From NCBI GenBank assembly GCA_029762535.1, contig JARVGK010000001.1, positions 98,860-162,859 of the forward strand: a DNA stretch of 64,000 nucleotides. The letters are read 5' to 3'. The DNA is from Thermoplasmatota archaeon. Lineage in GTDB: Archaea; Thermoplasmatota; Penumbrarchaeia; Penumbrarchaeales; Penumbrarchaeaceae. The first letter of the stretch is position 1; every line of letters starts with the position of its first letter. Below the pieces are notes generated by a model. It saw only the letters and a list, made by a program, of their open reading frames with translations, had not been told where the DNA came from and did not search any database. Shown here in pieces: positions 26,188 through 36,200 of the stretch. A program made the translations under genes and the position numbers.

Positions 26188-29100
26188 TCATTCCTCGAAC
26201 TGGAGCTTCCTGGCCCTCCTTCCGCTGGAGATGGGCCCCTCGTCCTCGAAATCGATCGGATCATATTCGTAACCGCATTCATCGCACTCGTTGCCTTGTG
26301 ACGATCGGGTCCCGCACTCGGGACAGGCCCAACCCCTGTCGATCGACGAGGCACCACCTGTCGGCTCAGAGCCCTTCCTGGTGAGGACCAGGAATATGAC
26401 CAGCGCCACGGCGAGCATTATCACGAAAGCCAGAAGAAGCAGGAAAAGGGTGGCCTGGTCGATCCCGTTCTGTTCGCTTTCGTCATCGATGATGGTGAGG
26501 GTTATGGTTCTGGTCTCGGTGTCCGTTCCGTCGTACACGGTCAGGGTGACGGTGTATGTCCCAACCTCATAGTATGTGTGGTCAACCTTCGGACCGACCT
26601 TCTCCCTCTGTATACCGTTGCTGAGATCGAAATCCCAGCTGAACGTCAGCTCGTCGCCGTCATCGTCGTACGATCCGCCGGCATCGAATAGGATCGTCTG
26701 CCTCACCTTTATTGGAGATTGGGGGCTCGCGAGCAGGTTCACGATGGGTTTGCGGTTCGGTATGTCCAGGCTGTAGACTCCCGTACGCCTTATGAAGCTC
26801 CCGTCGCTGACCTCGAAATAATAGGAATGCTGTCCCGAGGGTAGTTGGACCTTCGAAGAGAGGTAGAAGGAGAATATCCTGTTATCCACCAGGAAACCCT
26901 CGTTAGTGATGGGATAAGTGGTTGTGTTGTCTATCACTATACGGAAATCCATCGGATCGTCCCCGTCGGCGTCCCTGTATTCCACCTTGAACGTGTGGCC
27001 TTTGCCCGCATCCGATGGCTCCACATAGTTCTGGTTCGGAACATGCCTCATCTCTGGCATATCGTTGTCAAGGATTCCTATGGCATAGCGCTTCGAGTGC
27101 AACCCGGATAGGTTGCCGTAGATGATCTTGTTGACGGTGTCGACTCCCGAGTGGGGGGCCGTGAGCCATGTTCGGGACCCCTCCTCGAAATGATACAGCC
27201 TGAGCCTGGATTCCACCATTCTGACAGGGAAGGCCTTCTCGGCGTATCCGATGGATATGTTCACCCATTCGAACCTGTACGCGGCGAAGGAGGGGAGCGG
27301 TCTGAACTCGATAATTGTCGAATACACGATCCTCGGGTCCGAAGCGGCGCCCTCGGGAGTTACTATGTTAACGATACCCCTCCCGTTGGGGTCGGATATA
27401 CCATATGAGAGGCGGACCTTGACGTCGTTGACGTAATCTATGAAGTCAGGATATGTGACGCGCTTCAATATCGTGAGGTTGATCCTATCCTCCGAATATG
27501 CCATCATGTCGTCGAACACTCTCAGGACAAGGGTAACGGTCCCGATCCCGCTTATCGTGGTCGCTGTCTTCTCGAGGCCGCCCTCGTACATAGAGCCGCT
27601 TCTTCCCTCTATTGACCATCGGTAGGTCAGGGGATCCCCCTCCGGATCGAAAGAGCCGGACGCGTCCAGCTCGATCTCCTCATCGGGGAAGATCATCATC
27701 CCCTCGGTCGGACCCATAATATTGGCGACGGGCGGCGTGTTGAGGGCTCCTACCGCTCTGATCAGGCCATCCCTTGTTGGTATCAAAATATGCCCTCCGG
27801 CAATGGCCAGCTCGCCCATCGGTTCCGATAGGAGGTCCAGCTCCCATGTGGTGGAATAGAGGTCCTGGTCGAGTGGTGAGAAGGATCGAATATGCCACGG
27901 TTCGGTTCCGGTCAGGACATGGAACGTGCGGTCGCCGGCCACTATCCTGCCGGAGGGTGTTTTGTCCAATGTGACGTTGTTGTACTCTGTCCCGTTTCTG
28001 GCGTTCATGAAATGGACCGTCCTTCCGTTGAAGAAAGCGATCCTCGTCCCGGGATAATCGAACGCGGGAGGGGCCGCGGGTCCTTGAGGAATATCGATGT
28101 GCCAGTACAGGTCCCTTCCGGGAACGGTGTCCGGGACCCCCTCATCGTCGTCCTTTTCATCGACGACTCCGTCGGCGTTGTCGTCCGGGTCATTGTCCAT
28201 AGCGATGATCCCTCCTTCATGGGCCACCAGCAGCACGTCCCCGGATATCGACAGGTGCAGGGGATCCCCGCTCAAGACACCCTCGAGGGACATGTTCATT
28301 TTACGTTCCCCGGTTCCTGAATCGATGACGACGACCTCGCCCCCTACCGCGATGTAGACGTTCCAAGTGTCCGCCGCGAAGGGTGCGTCGATCCCGGCTT
28401 CGTAGCTCCATGATAGTTCTCCGGTGTCGTCATCATAGGACCGGATGGTTCCGGCCGAATCGCGAAATACCACATTGGCCCCGGTGACGATCAGGGGAGA
28501 ATGGACAGCGTGGGAGAGAGGGGTCCTCCAGATGACATCTCCGGCAGTGAAGGAGGTATCCTCCTCCGATATGAAATCTCCGTCGTTGTCAGCGTCCTTG
28601 AATCCGATCCAGTCGAAGGCCCATATCGCAAGGTCGTCCCCCGCGCAGAACACCTTGTTCGGGAAGCCCATGGACTGGTCCCGGTCGATCAGGAGGGCAG
28701 GTCTTCCCATGAAATTGACCGAAGCGTTGCGATAACTCCAGGCCAGATCCGGCGAGGTGGAGTCCTCGAAATACTCCATCGAGATCAGGGCCCCTTCGGG
28801 ATCGACCATGAAGAGGGTCGAACCTATGGCCGAGGCGGATCCCGCCCCTCCATTGGTCATAAGCCACATGTCCTCAGCGGCCCCTGACCAGGGCCTTTCG
28901 AAAGCCCTCTCCCATAACGTTCTGTTGCTTGCCACGCTCTTGCGTGAAGCGCTGGTCAACCCGGGTCCGGACCCTGTCGATGTCCAGTAACCCTGCAGCT
29001 GCGATTCCACGCTCACAAGGAGGGAATCAAGGTTGTTTTTTTGGTCCCGGTCCCTCGGATGCGTATCGTATATCAATGCCGCTATGATGGGATACCCTTT

Positions 29101-30660
29101 GACCGCCCTCCACTGCACGGTGAAGGTGGTGGAGCCGAACGCATCGACCCTCACACCCTCTCTCCTCTCGAAGACATACCGTGTCTGGAAGTCCAGAGAT
29201 GAGGCCTCGAAGGAGACGTCGCATGATGCAGGCACGGTCCCGTTGTTCCTGATGGTGAGGGATACCTCGAGCATCTCGCCCTCCAGGACGAACGGGTCCG
29301 ATATCGACAGCCCGTCGATGGCTATCGGGTCCGGTGTGCCGATGGCGAAAAGCAGCCCTCCACCGAACGGGTCCGGTCTCGCGACGAAGATCCTCCCGTT
29401 GGCAACGGCCACCGTCGATGTTATGGGAGCTCCGTAGTTCCTTGTCCAGACCTTACGTTCATCATCGTCCATGGATCTTTCATCGGTCCTCAAGCAGTAG
29501 ACCCTGTGATCCCTTGAGCAAAATATCAGATAATCGCCGTTCACCACCGGGGAGGATTCAGTTATCGTGTTCGTGATATTGAACCTCCAGTTGATCCTCT
29601 GGGTGTCGATGTCTATCGAGAACACCGATCCTCCTATGCCTCCCAATCCGTACGGCCGCTTCGCGGTGACGTATATCGTTCCGTTATGATAGGCCGGCGT
29701 GGTCGATATGCTCGGGAACTCCCCTCCGCCTAACAGCATGTTCCAGAGGATCGTGCCGTCCCCCGCGTCCATACAGAACAACCTTCCTATGCTGTTGGCT
29801 ATGAACAGTCTCCCCTCCGCGAGCATGGGCGATCCTATGATCGATGCACCCAGATTGGTGGTCCAGATGATGTCGGCGTTGGGCTCGGAGGGATCAGACT
29901 CTCCCTGGTATCCGTCGTTACCATCGGAGAAACCGTCGGCATCGAGGCAGTATATGTTGCCCCATCCGTCCCCGACGAAGACCATCCCGTCGTGATAGGC
30001 GGCGGAGGACTGGAATCCCCAGGAGTTCTCCGTCCCGTTCAAGGAGAGATACCACACCATAGATCCGTTGACCCTGTCCAGGGCGTAGAAATTGGAATAT
30101 GTGAGGGAATGGGTCCCGATGAAGACCATTCCATGTGCAACGGTCGGCGTCGATTGTACGCTAGATGCGTTGAGGTCCGTCTGCCAATTCCTCATCCTTG
30201 AGCTGATGTCAAAGGAGTAGGCGAATCCGTTGTCCGCCCCGAAGAACAGGTCGCCTTCATGTGCCGCTACGGCCCTGGAGACGTGATGCCCTCCGTTGTA
30301 TACGCTCCATTCGACCTTTCCAGTATCGATATCGTATCCCCGGACGTATCCGTCCCCTGATCCCATGAACACCAAGTCGCCGTAGACCACCGGCGCGTCC
30401 GTTGCCTTCAAGGAAGGCACCTGCGCGGACCACAATGTCGAGTTGTCCAGCGGAATGGCCGATGGGCTGTAACCGGTGTGGTTGGTGTTGGCCATGTACA
30501 TCGGCCAGTCGAGCGGACCATCATCGTGTTCGGATCTCGAGAATGGGATCGGGTCTTTATCGGCCGGGACGCTCAATGCGTCATCATCGGTAACGAGAGG
30601 GATGCCGATCAGAATGAACGTCAGAACAATCGCACCGATCACGCTAAACCTGTTGGACAT
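26188..30660 (-). CDS. 1490-aa surface protein: two PQQ/BamB-like beta-propellers, CARDB, PKD domains, TM and cytosolic zinc ribbon
   Basis: DWPMY..N..HTG, repeated S(S/T)P.V..G..W blades, LDASGSFDPEGDPLTYRW and FDAGGSYDDDGDELTFSWDF (PKD); CPEC..CDEC after the TM. Confidence 0.88.
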   Translation of the reverse strand: MSNRFSVIGAIVLTFILIGIPLVTDDDALSVPADKDPIPFSRSEHDDGPLDWPMYMANTNHTGYSPSAIPLDNSTLWSAQVPSLKATDAPVVYGDLVFMGSGDGYVRGYDIDTGKVEWSVYNGGHHVSRAVAAHEGDLFFGADNGFAYSFDISSRMRNWQTDLNASSVQSTPTVAHGMVFIGTHSLTYSNFYALDRVNGSMVWYLSLNGTENSWGFQSSAAYHDGMVFVGDGWGNIYCLDADGFSDGNDGYQGESDPSEPNADIIWTTNLGASIIGSPMLAEGRLFIANSIGRLFCMDAGDGTILWNMLLGGGEFPSISTTPAYHNGTIYVTAKRPYGLGGIGGSVFSIDIDTQRINWRFNITNTITESSPVVNGDYLIFCSRDHRVYCLRTDERSMDDDERKVWTRNYGAPITSTVAVANGRIFVARPDPFGGGLLFAIGTPDPIAIDGLSISDPFVLEGEMLEVSLTIRNNGTVPASCDVSFEASSLDFQTRYVFERREGVRVDAFGSTTFTVQWRAVKGYPIIAALIYDTHPRDRDQKNNLDSLLVSVESQLQGYWTSTGSGPGLTSASRKSVASNRTLWERAFERPWSGAAEDMWLMTNGGAGSASAIGSTLFMVDPEGALISMEYFEDSTSPDLAWSYRNASVNFMGRPALLIDRDQSMGFPNKVFCAGDDLAIWAFDWIGFKDADNDGDFISEEDTSFTAGDVIWRTPLSHAVHSPLIVTGANVVFRDSAGTIRSYDDDTGELSWSYEAGIDAPFAADTWNVYIAVGGEVVVIDSGTGERKMNMSLEGVLSGDPLHLSISGDVLLVAHEGGIIAMDNDPDDNADGVVDEKDDDEGVPDTVPGRDLYWHIDIPQGPAAPPAFDYPGTRIAFFNGRTVHFMNARNGTEYNNVTLDKTPSGRIVAGDRTFHVLTGTEPWHIRSFSPLDQDLYSTTWELDLLSEPMGELAIAGGHILIPTRDGLIRAVGALNTPPVANIMGPTEGMMIFPDEEIELDASGSFDPEGDPLTYRWSIEGRSGSMYEGGLEKTATTISGIGTVTLVLRVFDDMMAYSEDRINLTILKRVTYPDFIDYVNDVKVRLSYGISDPNGRGIVNIVTPEGAASDPRIVYSTIIEFRPLPSFAAYRFEWVNISIGYAEKAFPVRMVESRLRLYHFEEGSRTWLTAPHSGVDTVNKIIYGNLSGLHSKRYAIGILDNDMPEMRHVPNQNYVEPSDAGKGHTFKVEYRDADGDDPMDFRIVIDNTTTYPITNEGFLVDNRIFSFYLSSKVQLPSGQHSYYFEVSDGSFIRRTGVYSLDIPNRKPIVNLLASPQSPIKVRQTILFDAGGSYDDDGDELTFSWDFDLSNGIQREKVGPKVDHTYYEVGTYTVTLTVYDGTDTETRTITLTIIDDESEQNGIDQATLFLLLLAFVIMLAVALVIFLVLTRKGSEPTGGASSIDRGWACPECGTRSSQGNECDECGYEYDPIDFEDEGPISSGRRARKLQFEE

Positions 30661-30760
30661 CGTGATATCTCCTTGATGTGTGCCAACAAACCCCTCGAAA
30701 ATTATTTAAACATTTTGCATCCAGGCGCAACGAACGCTCCGATGCGTATTCCCGGCATGA

Positions 30761-31990
30761 TCAGAGGTCGAAAACCACGTCCTCGTCCGGCAGATGGACC
30801 CGGGCGAACTGCTCGATGTCCTCTTTGATGGCCTCCCTGTTGTCGCCGTGTATGAGGATCACGTCCTCGGCGCCAGTGGCCCGGGCGAAATCGACTATGC
30901 CCGCGTGATCTGAATGTGCGGAGAAATCGAAGAAGGCCACTTCGCAATCGACCCTCTCGACGGCCCCCCCGATCTCTATGTGGCCAGTGTCCTTGAGCAT
31001 CCTTCCGTTGGTGTCCTCTACCTGGTATCCCGTCAGAAGGACGGCAGAGCGGGGATCGTTCTTGATCCTGTTCACATACTCGAGCACGGGTCCTCCGTCC
31101 AGCATCCCCGACGTGGTGACGACGAGGGGGGCCTCGCAGGCCTTGTTCCTCTGGTTCGGGGTCTTGACGAACCTCATGGAGTCCATGGCCCGCTTCAGCT
31201 TTCCGGGGTTCGAAATGAACTCCGGGTGCCTTAGGTAGATCTTCGCGACTCGTCTGCCCATCCCGTCGAGCCACTTCTCCTCGTCGATGGCGCTGAGGAC
31301 CTGGACGATCTCCTGGGTCCTGCCGACGGCAAAGGCGGGGATCACCACCCTGCCGCCCCGGTCCAGGACCTCCTCGATCTTGTCCAGGAACTCCCTCTCC
31401 ACCGTCTTTCTCGGAGGGTGCCGTCTACCCGCGTAGGTGGATTCGATGACCAGGACATCGCAATCGACGGGGGAGGCCCCCTTCAGGAGCCTCGTGTCCA
31501 GGGTGTTGATGTCCCCTGTGAAAAGGGTCTTCCTGCCGTTCTCTTCTATGGAGTACATGGTGGAACCGGGTATGTGCCCCGCATCGTGCGCTTTGATCTC
31601 AAATGGGCCGTCGGTCACGCTCTGGCCGTAGCGGATCGGTTCTGTCTCCTCGGTGTAGCGCCTGAGGTCGTTTATGCCCCAGGGTATGTGATGGTTCTCG
31701 AGCTTGGAGATCTTCAGACTGTCCTCCAGAAGGACGGTTGCGACCTCCAGGGTCACCTCGGTGCCCATGTTGGAGGTGCCGTACTCCCCTGTGAGCCAGG
31801 GGATCATCCCGACGTGGTCGAGGTGGGAGTGGGAGATGTATAGGCCGTCCACGAACTGGACCTTCCTCGGGTAGCCGGGAGGTTTCTTCGGGATCACGCC
31901 GTAATCGAACATCAGCCTGGTGGATCCCGATTCAAGGAGCATCCCGAGGCCTCCCACGAACCGGACACCGCCCACAAAGCTCATCTTCAT
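30761..31990 (-). CDS. Metallo-beta-lactamase/beta-CASP ribonuclease (COG1236, aCPSF-like without KH domains)
   Basis: HSHLDHVG, AGHIPGS, TGD, ESTY, PAFAVGRTQE, SGMLDGG, FSAH. Confidence 0.93.
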   Translation of the reverse strand: MKMSFVGGVRFVGGLGMLLESGSTRLMFDYGVIPKKPPGYPRKVQFVDGLYISHSHLDHVGMIPWLTGEYGTSNMGTEVTLEVATVLLEDSLKISKLENHHIPWGINDLRRYTEETEPIRYGQSVTDGPFEIKAHDAGHIPGSTMYSIEENGRKTLFTGDINTLDTRLLKGASPVDCDVLVIESTYAGRRHPPRKTVEREFLDKIEEVLDRGGRVVIPAFAVGRTQEIVQVLSAIDEEKWLDGMGRRVAKIYLRHPEFISNPGKLKRAMDSMRFVKTPNQRNKACEAPLVVTTSGMLDGGPVLEYVNRIKNDPRSAVLLTGYQVEDTNGRMLKDTGHIEIGGAVERVDCEVAFFDFSAHSDHAGIVDFARATGAEDVILIHGDNREAIKEDIEQFARVHLPDEDVVFDL

Positions 31991-32122
31991 CGGACATCAC
32001 CTGTGAGGGTGTAGAATGAACAACTACAATTTAGTTTTGCATCGAGAACGGCATCACGATCTACGGATAACATTTATAAGGAGGGTGCGGTTCTCGTTGC
32101 CCCGTACCGGCAGTTGATCGAC

Positions 32123-32314
32123 ATGATAATCCCCGTAAGATGTTTCACATGCGGCAAGGTGATAGGCCAGCTGTACGAGGAGTACAGCGCCAGGGTCCAG
32201 AACGGCGAGGATCCGGCCAAGGTCCTTGACGATCTGGGAGTTAGCAGATACTGCTGCAGGAGAATGTTCCTCTCCCATGTCGAGCTAATCGACGAAGTTA
32301 TGCCTTACACATGA
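32123..32314 (+). CDS. rpoN: DNA-directed RNA polymerase subunit Rpo10 (RpoN)
   Basis: [12 protein letters not shown]...LDDLG..RYCCRRM. Confidence 0.98.
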   Translation: MIIPVRCFTCGKVIGQLYEEYSARVQNGEDPAKVLDDLGVSRYCCRRMFLSHVELIDEVMPYT

Positions 32315-32336
32315 TGATCGTGAACGATGTGACCCT

Positions 32337-32364
32337 GGGGCCGTAGGGTAGCTTGGACCATCCT
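32337..32364 (+). pseudogene. 5' fragment of tRNA-Pro (acceptor 5' strand and D-arm), copy 1
   Basis: Identical to the first 28 nt of the tRNA at 32689. Confidence 0.9.
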
Positions 32365-32511
32365 CAGGCCGGATCCCCGATCCGGCCTCCGTACAGAATT
32401 TTTCTCCCCCCCCCGAGGAAGGGCTGAATTGTCTGATACAAGCCACACTTCGAACCGAGGGTTCGAAGGGTTTATAGGGTTCATGCGATTCACCCTATAA
32501 ACCATAACCCT

Positions 32512-32541
32512 GGGGCCGTAGGGTAGCTTGGACCATCCTAG
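32512..32541 (+). pseudogene. 5' fragment of tRNA-Pro, copy 2
   Basis: Identical to the first 30 nt of the tRNA at 32689. Confidence 0.9.
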
Positions 32542-32688
32542 TGACCTTTCTCCCCGAGAAAGGTCAAAGGCAGGGAACGGATCCCCCGATCCCCCCCTTT
32601 TCTCTTCGAGGAGTTAAGTCCACACTTCGAACCGAGGGTTCGAAGGGTTTATAGGGTTCATGCGATTCACCCTATAAACCATAACCCT

Positions 32689-32766
32689 GGGGCCGTAGGG
32701 TAGCTTGGACCATCCTAGCTGCTTGGGGTGCAGTTGACCTGAGTTCAAATCTCAGCGGCCCCACCA
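32689..32766 (+). tRNA. tRNA-Pro(UGG), CCA encoded
   Basis: Acceptor GGGGCCG/CGGCCCC-A-CCA; anticodon arm GCTGC-TTGGGGT-GCAGT; T-arm CTGAG-TTCAAAT-CTCAG; followed by a T-tract. Confidence 0.97.
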
Positions 32767-32853
32767 TTTTTTTAATAATAGGAGGGATCCCCGAGGAAGG
32801 TGATATCCTCCTCTTGATATGAGGTATGGAAGGTGCAAAAGCTTTTTAGAATA

Positions 32854-32927
32854 TTACAACGATATGTAACGTTAAATTGGAAATATTAGAATTAATTGTC
32901 ACCTATTTGTTACAAATAAAGATATAC
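32854..32927 (+). promoter_or_regulatory. AT-rich promoter with palindromic operator-like sites
   Basis: TTACA-N6-TGTAA (32854-32869); TATTTGT-T-ACAAATA (32904-32918) abutting GATATAC, 30 nt upstream of ATG 32951. Confidence 0.45.
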
Positions 32928-32950
32928 TGTCTCATACTATACCTGTTATC

Positions 32951-33067
32951 ATGGAAGCCTACGAAAAAATAAGCATATACCCGATGGATCAGTCCGTAAA
33001 GAACAGGAAGAGGCTCATCTCCCTGCTCGAGGATATGGGCATCAGGTACACTTACGAAGCATATTAA
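32951..33067 (+). CDS. Putative 38-aa microprotein MEAYEKISIYPMDQSVKNRKRLISLLEDMGIRYTYEAY
   Basis: Manual translation; host-like codons (AGG, ATA, CTC); promoter spacing fits a leaderless mRNA; GC hairpins downstream. Confidence 0.5.
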   Translation: MEAYEKISIYPMDQSVKNRKRLISLLEDMGIRYTYEAY

Positions 33068-33228
33068 AGCGGGATCCCCCCAACCCCCAACCCCCCGCTT
33101 CAAAGAGGGATCCCATCCGCCCGGGGGATCCGCCCCGGGCGGTTCAATTCATTTTTTTCCAATTATAGATTGAACGTCCCAATTTTTAAATAATACGGTC
33201 CGGGGTCGCTGTTTGGGTGTGATCCCGG

Positions 33229-36200
33229 ATGATGAAACATTTTACCCCCTTGACATCGATCGTTCTCATGCTCCTCCTCACTGCTGCCATCCCCTTCGGG
33301 ATCGGATCCCCTTCCGGGGATCCCCCATTATTGAACGATGCTCCTCCACCCTCGAGGGGGGACCTCATCCTCGTACCCAACGAGATCGTGAACCTCACCG
33401 GGGTCCACGAATACAGCAGGATCGTTCTGGGACAGAACTCGACCCTGATCCTCTGGAGCTGCGATCTATCGGTCACCGGCAGCTCGCTCGATCCCCCGTC
33501 GATCCTGGGCGAGCCGAAGAACGTTATACTCTACAATTCGGAACTGACGCTTACGGGCGAGGACGGGATCGGGTTGATAAGGGACCGGGGAGAGGACTGC
33601 CTCGTCGATCTGAGCCTGTATGGCGATATGTACATGGAGATGTCCAAAATAGAGCTGCGCCCCGGCAGCGGCTGGAGCTCCGGCGAGAGAGGGGCCTATC
33701 TCACCACCGACGTCTCCGGAGGCAGGTTCGCCGGAGGGAACTCCACCCTCGATCTGGAAATGGTCGGAGGCGGCAGCTTCACCATGTTCGGGTCCGAGAT
33801 CCTCCTCCTGGGCGGGGACGGAGCCGACGCTCCGGACGGGGAAGAGGTCGATGGCAACGTGGAGAGAGAACCCGGAGGATACACTAAGGGGGGGAACGTC
33901 TCCGGATGGGTGGGAGCTGGCGGCTCATGCCTCTTCAACCTCAGCGGGGACGTATCGACCGATATCATCGTCTCCTCGATAACCCTGCGTCCGGGGAACG
34001 GGGGCAAGGCCGGAGACGCGGGTTCCGTGAAATATGCGATGTTCTTCAGATCGATCAACCAGGAGACCCCGGCCGGGGGGTACACCTCCGCCTATTCCAC
34101 CGGAACGGGGATCCGTCCCGCAGGACGGGTGAGCGACAGGGTCGGCAGCGGGGGAGATTCCACTATGTTGATCAACACCTCCTCCGTTTTCATCACCACC
34201 TCTACCCTTGACGTTTCCGGAGGAATGGGAGGCGACGCGGGGAACGGGGCGGACTGCCGAGCCCCCTCGCTCACCACCCCGACGCAGTACACCTGTACTT
34301 CAAAAGGCGGTGGCGGGGCGGGTTACGCCGGCGGTTACGGATCGGACCCGCTGGGAAGGAAAGGAGGCGACATCTCCGGGTTAGTGGGGTCCGGAGGGAA
34401 CACCGTGGTGGAGCTTCACGCACAGCACCTGCTGACGATCGAGGACCTCACCGTCAAAGCCTCCGCCGGGAACGGAGGCAGGCCGGGCGATGGGGGCCTG
34501 GGAGGGGGCGCTTCCTATTCAGGTTACAACAATGACGGCGGCGGGGGCGGAGGGGGAGGATTCTCCGGCGGCGCGGGGGCCTATGCGTCGGGGGTCACAC
34601 CGGCCCCGAGCGGGGGAGAGTGCGGTACCGTGGGACCGCTGGTAGGCAAGGGCGGGGACAACAGCTTCAGGATGGGGGCTCCGTATTTCACGGGAAAAGG
34701 TCACTTCACCATGCAGAGGACCATGGGCAAGGCGAGCTCATACGTCCCGAGGCCCGCCGAAAGCGGGGAGATAGGCGCGAACGTTTTCCTGGTCGGAGGC
34801 GAAGGGGGTCAACAGGCCCTGGGAGCCGGAACGTCCGGGACCAACCTCCTCGAACACGGCCGCCCCTCTCCTATGCTCGAGGCCCCGGATGAGGGCTTCT
34901 GCTCCGGCAGCCAGTCCCTGGCCTTCAGCTGGGCGCAGCCCATATCCTTCTTCTGGTCATATTACACCACCTACTACGACTGGAGGCTCCTGCGCTCCGA
35001 CGACGTGAACGATGTGGTCCAGGAGGTCGAGACAACCCTCAGGACCCACACGCTCGAGCAGGACCCGGGGGACGGTAAGTTCTTCTGGACCGTGAGATGC
35101 AGGAACGAGATAGGCACCTCGCCGTGGAGCGTTCCCAGGCATTTCTTCCTGGACAGGACAGCCCCTGTGATGGAGGATCCCCACGAGGGGATCATCTGGA
35201 AGGGGCTCACCGATCCCGTCGTTTCCGTCATTGCCTTCGATCCGCTCTCGGGAGTGGACCCCGGATCATGCTTCTACAAGATCGACGAGGAGGGGGAGGC
35301 CCCAGGCGTGTGGAAGAGGCCCCTCGTCAACGAGACCGATGCCGGATCGGTGGAGATCCAGGTCACCCTGCCGTCAAGGGAGATCACCTGCGATATCTGG
35401 GTGAAGGCCTCCGATCTCTCGGGGAACGGGCCTTCTATCGGGGGCCCCTACCGCTACGGGATCGATCTCTGGGCCCCTTCGGTCCACGATCCCTCCCCGA
35501 GCGGTTACATTAACACGCATCCGGTCATCTCCTTCAGCGCGTCGGACAACCGCTCCGGCGTTGCCGAGAACATTATCATTGACATATTGGAGAGGAACGG
35601 GACCGGAAGATACGTCGAGAATATGGATGTCATCGAGACCTCCCCAGGGCGGTTCACGGCCGACAGGGCCATCGCCCTGCCTCGGGGAGACTACGAATAC
35701 CGGGTCGATGTTTTCGATCTGGCCGGGAACGGGTTCGTCCTCGGGCCCGTAGGGCTCTCCATCGACGACGTGCCCCCTCTCGTATCGTCCCTGAACGTTG
35801 AGAACGATGATTGGTTCAGAACAAGAAGGCCCGTCATCAACGGAACCATAACCGATCCTCACAGCGGGGCCGGCCCCTCTCGATTGGAACTACTGGACAG
35901 CGACGGGTCCGTCATCGGGTCCAGCGCTCTTGACCTGGACCTCAACGGTAGCTTCTCCTACTCCCCCGGAGAGGACCTGGCCGACGGCATGTTCTCGTTC
36001 AGGATCGTCGCCAAGGACGAGGCCGGCAACTCCTACACGACGCCCTCGGTCCGTTTCGGGGTGGACCTCTCAAGGCCCCTACTCGATATCGTATCTTCGT
36101 CTCCGGGCGGGGACGGGATACCATTGGTCATCTACGAGGCGGAGGATGCGACCTCGGGACTGGCATCGGTCAGGTTCCAGTGGATGGCCCCCGAAGGCGA

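Larger units (their letters stand above)
32332..32718 (+). repeat. Tandem tRNA-Pro 5'-fragment array with 175/177-bp period
   Basis: ACCCTGGGGCCGTAGGGTAGCTTGGACCATCCT at 32332, 32507 and 32684; 99-bp exact repeat 32443-32541 = 32620-32718. Confidence 0.97.

Noticed and set aside
32332-32718. CRISPR array interpretation of the repeats
   Set aside because: The repeat is a tRNA 5' fragment plus promoter, the period is about 177 bp, there are only three copies, and no cas genes are present.
32689-32800. Casposon insertion at tRNA-Pro, as in Aciduliprofundum
   Set aside because: That element targets the tRNA 3' end with a short duplication. Here the 5' part is duplicated and there is no cas1, polB or terminal inverted repeat.
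32770-33200. Replication origin in the AT-rich stretch
   Set aside because: No recognisable ORB repeats and no cdc6/orc1 nearby; better explained as promoters and a small ORF.
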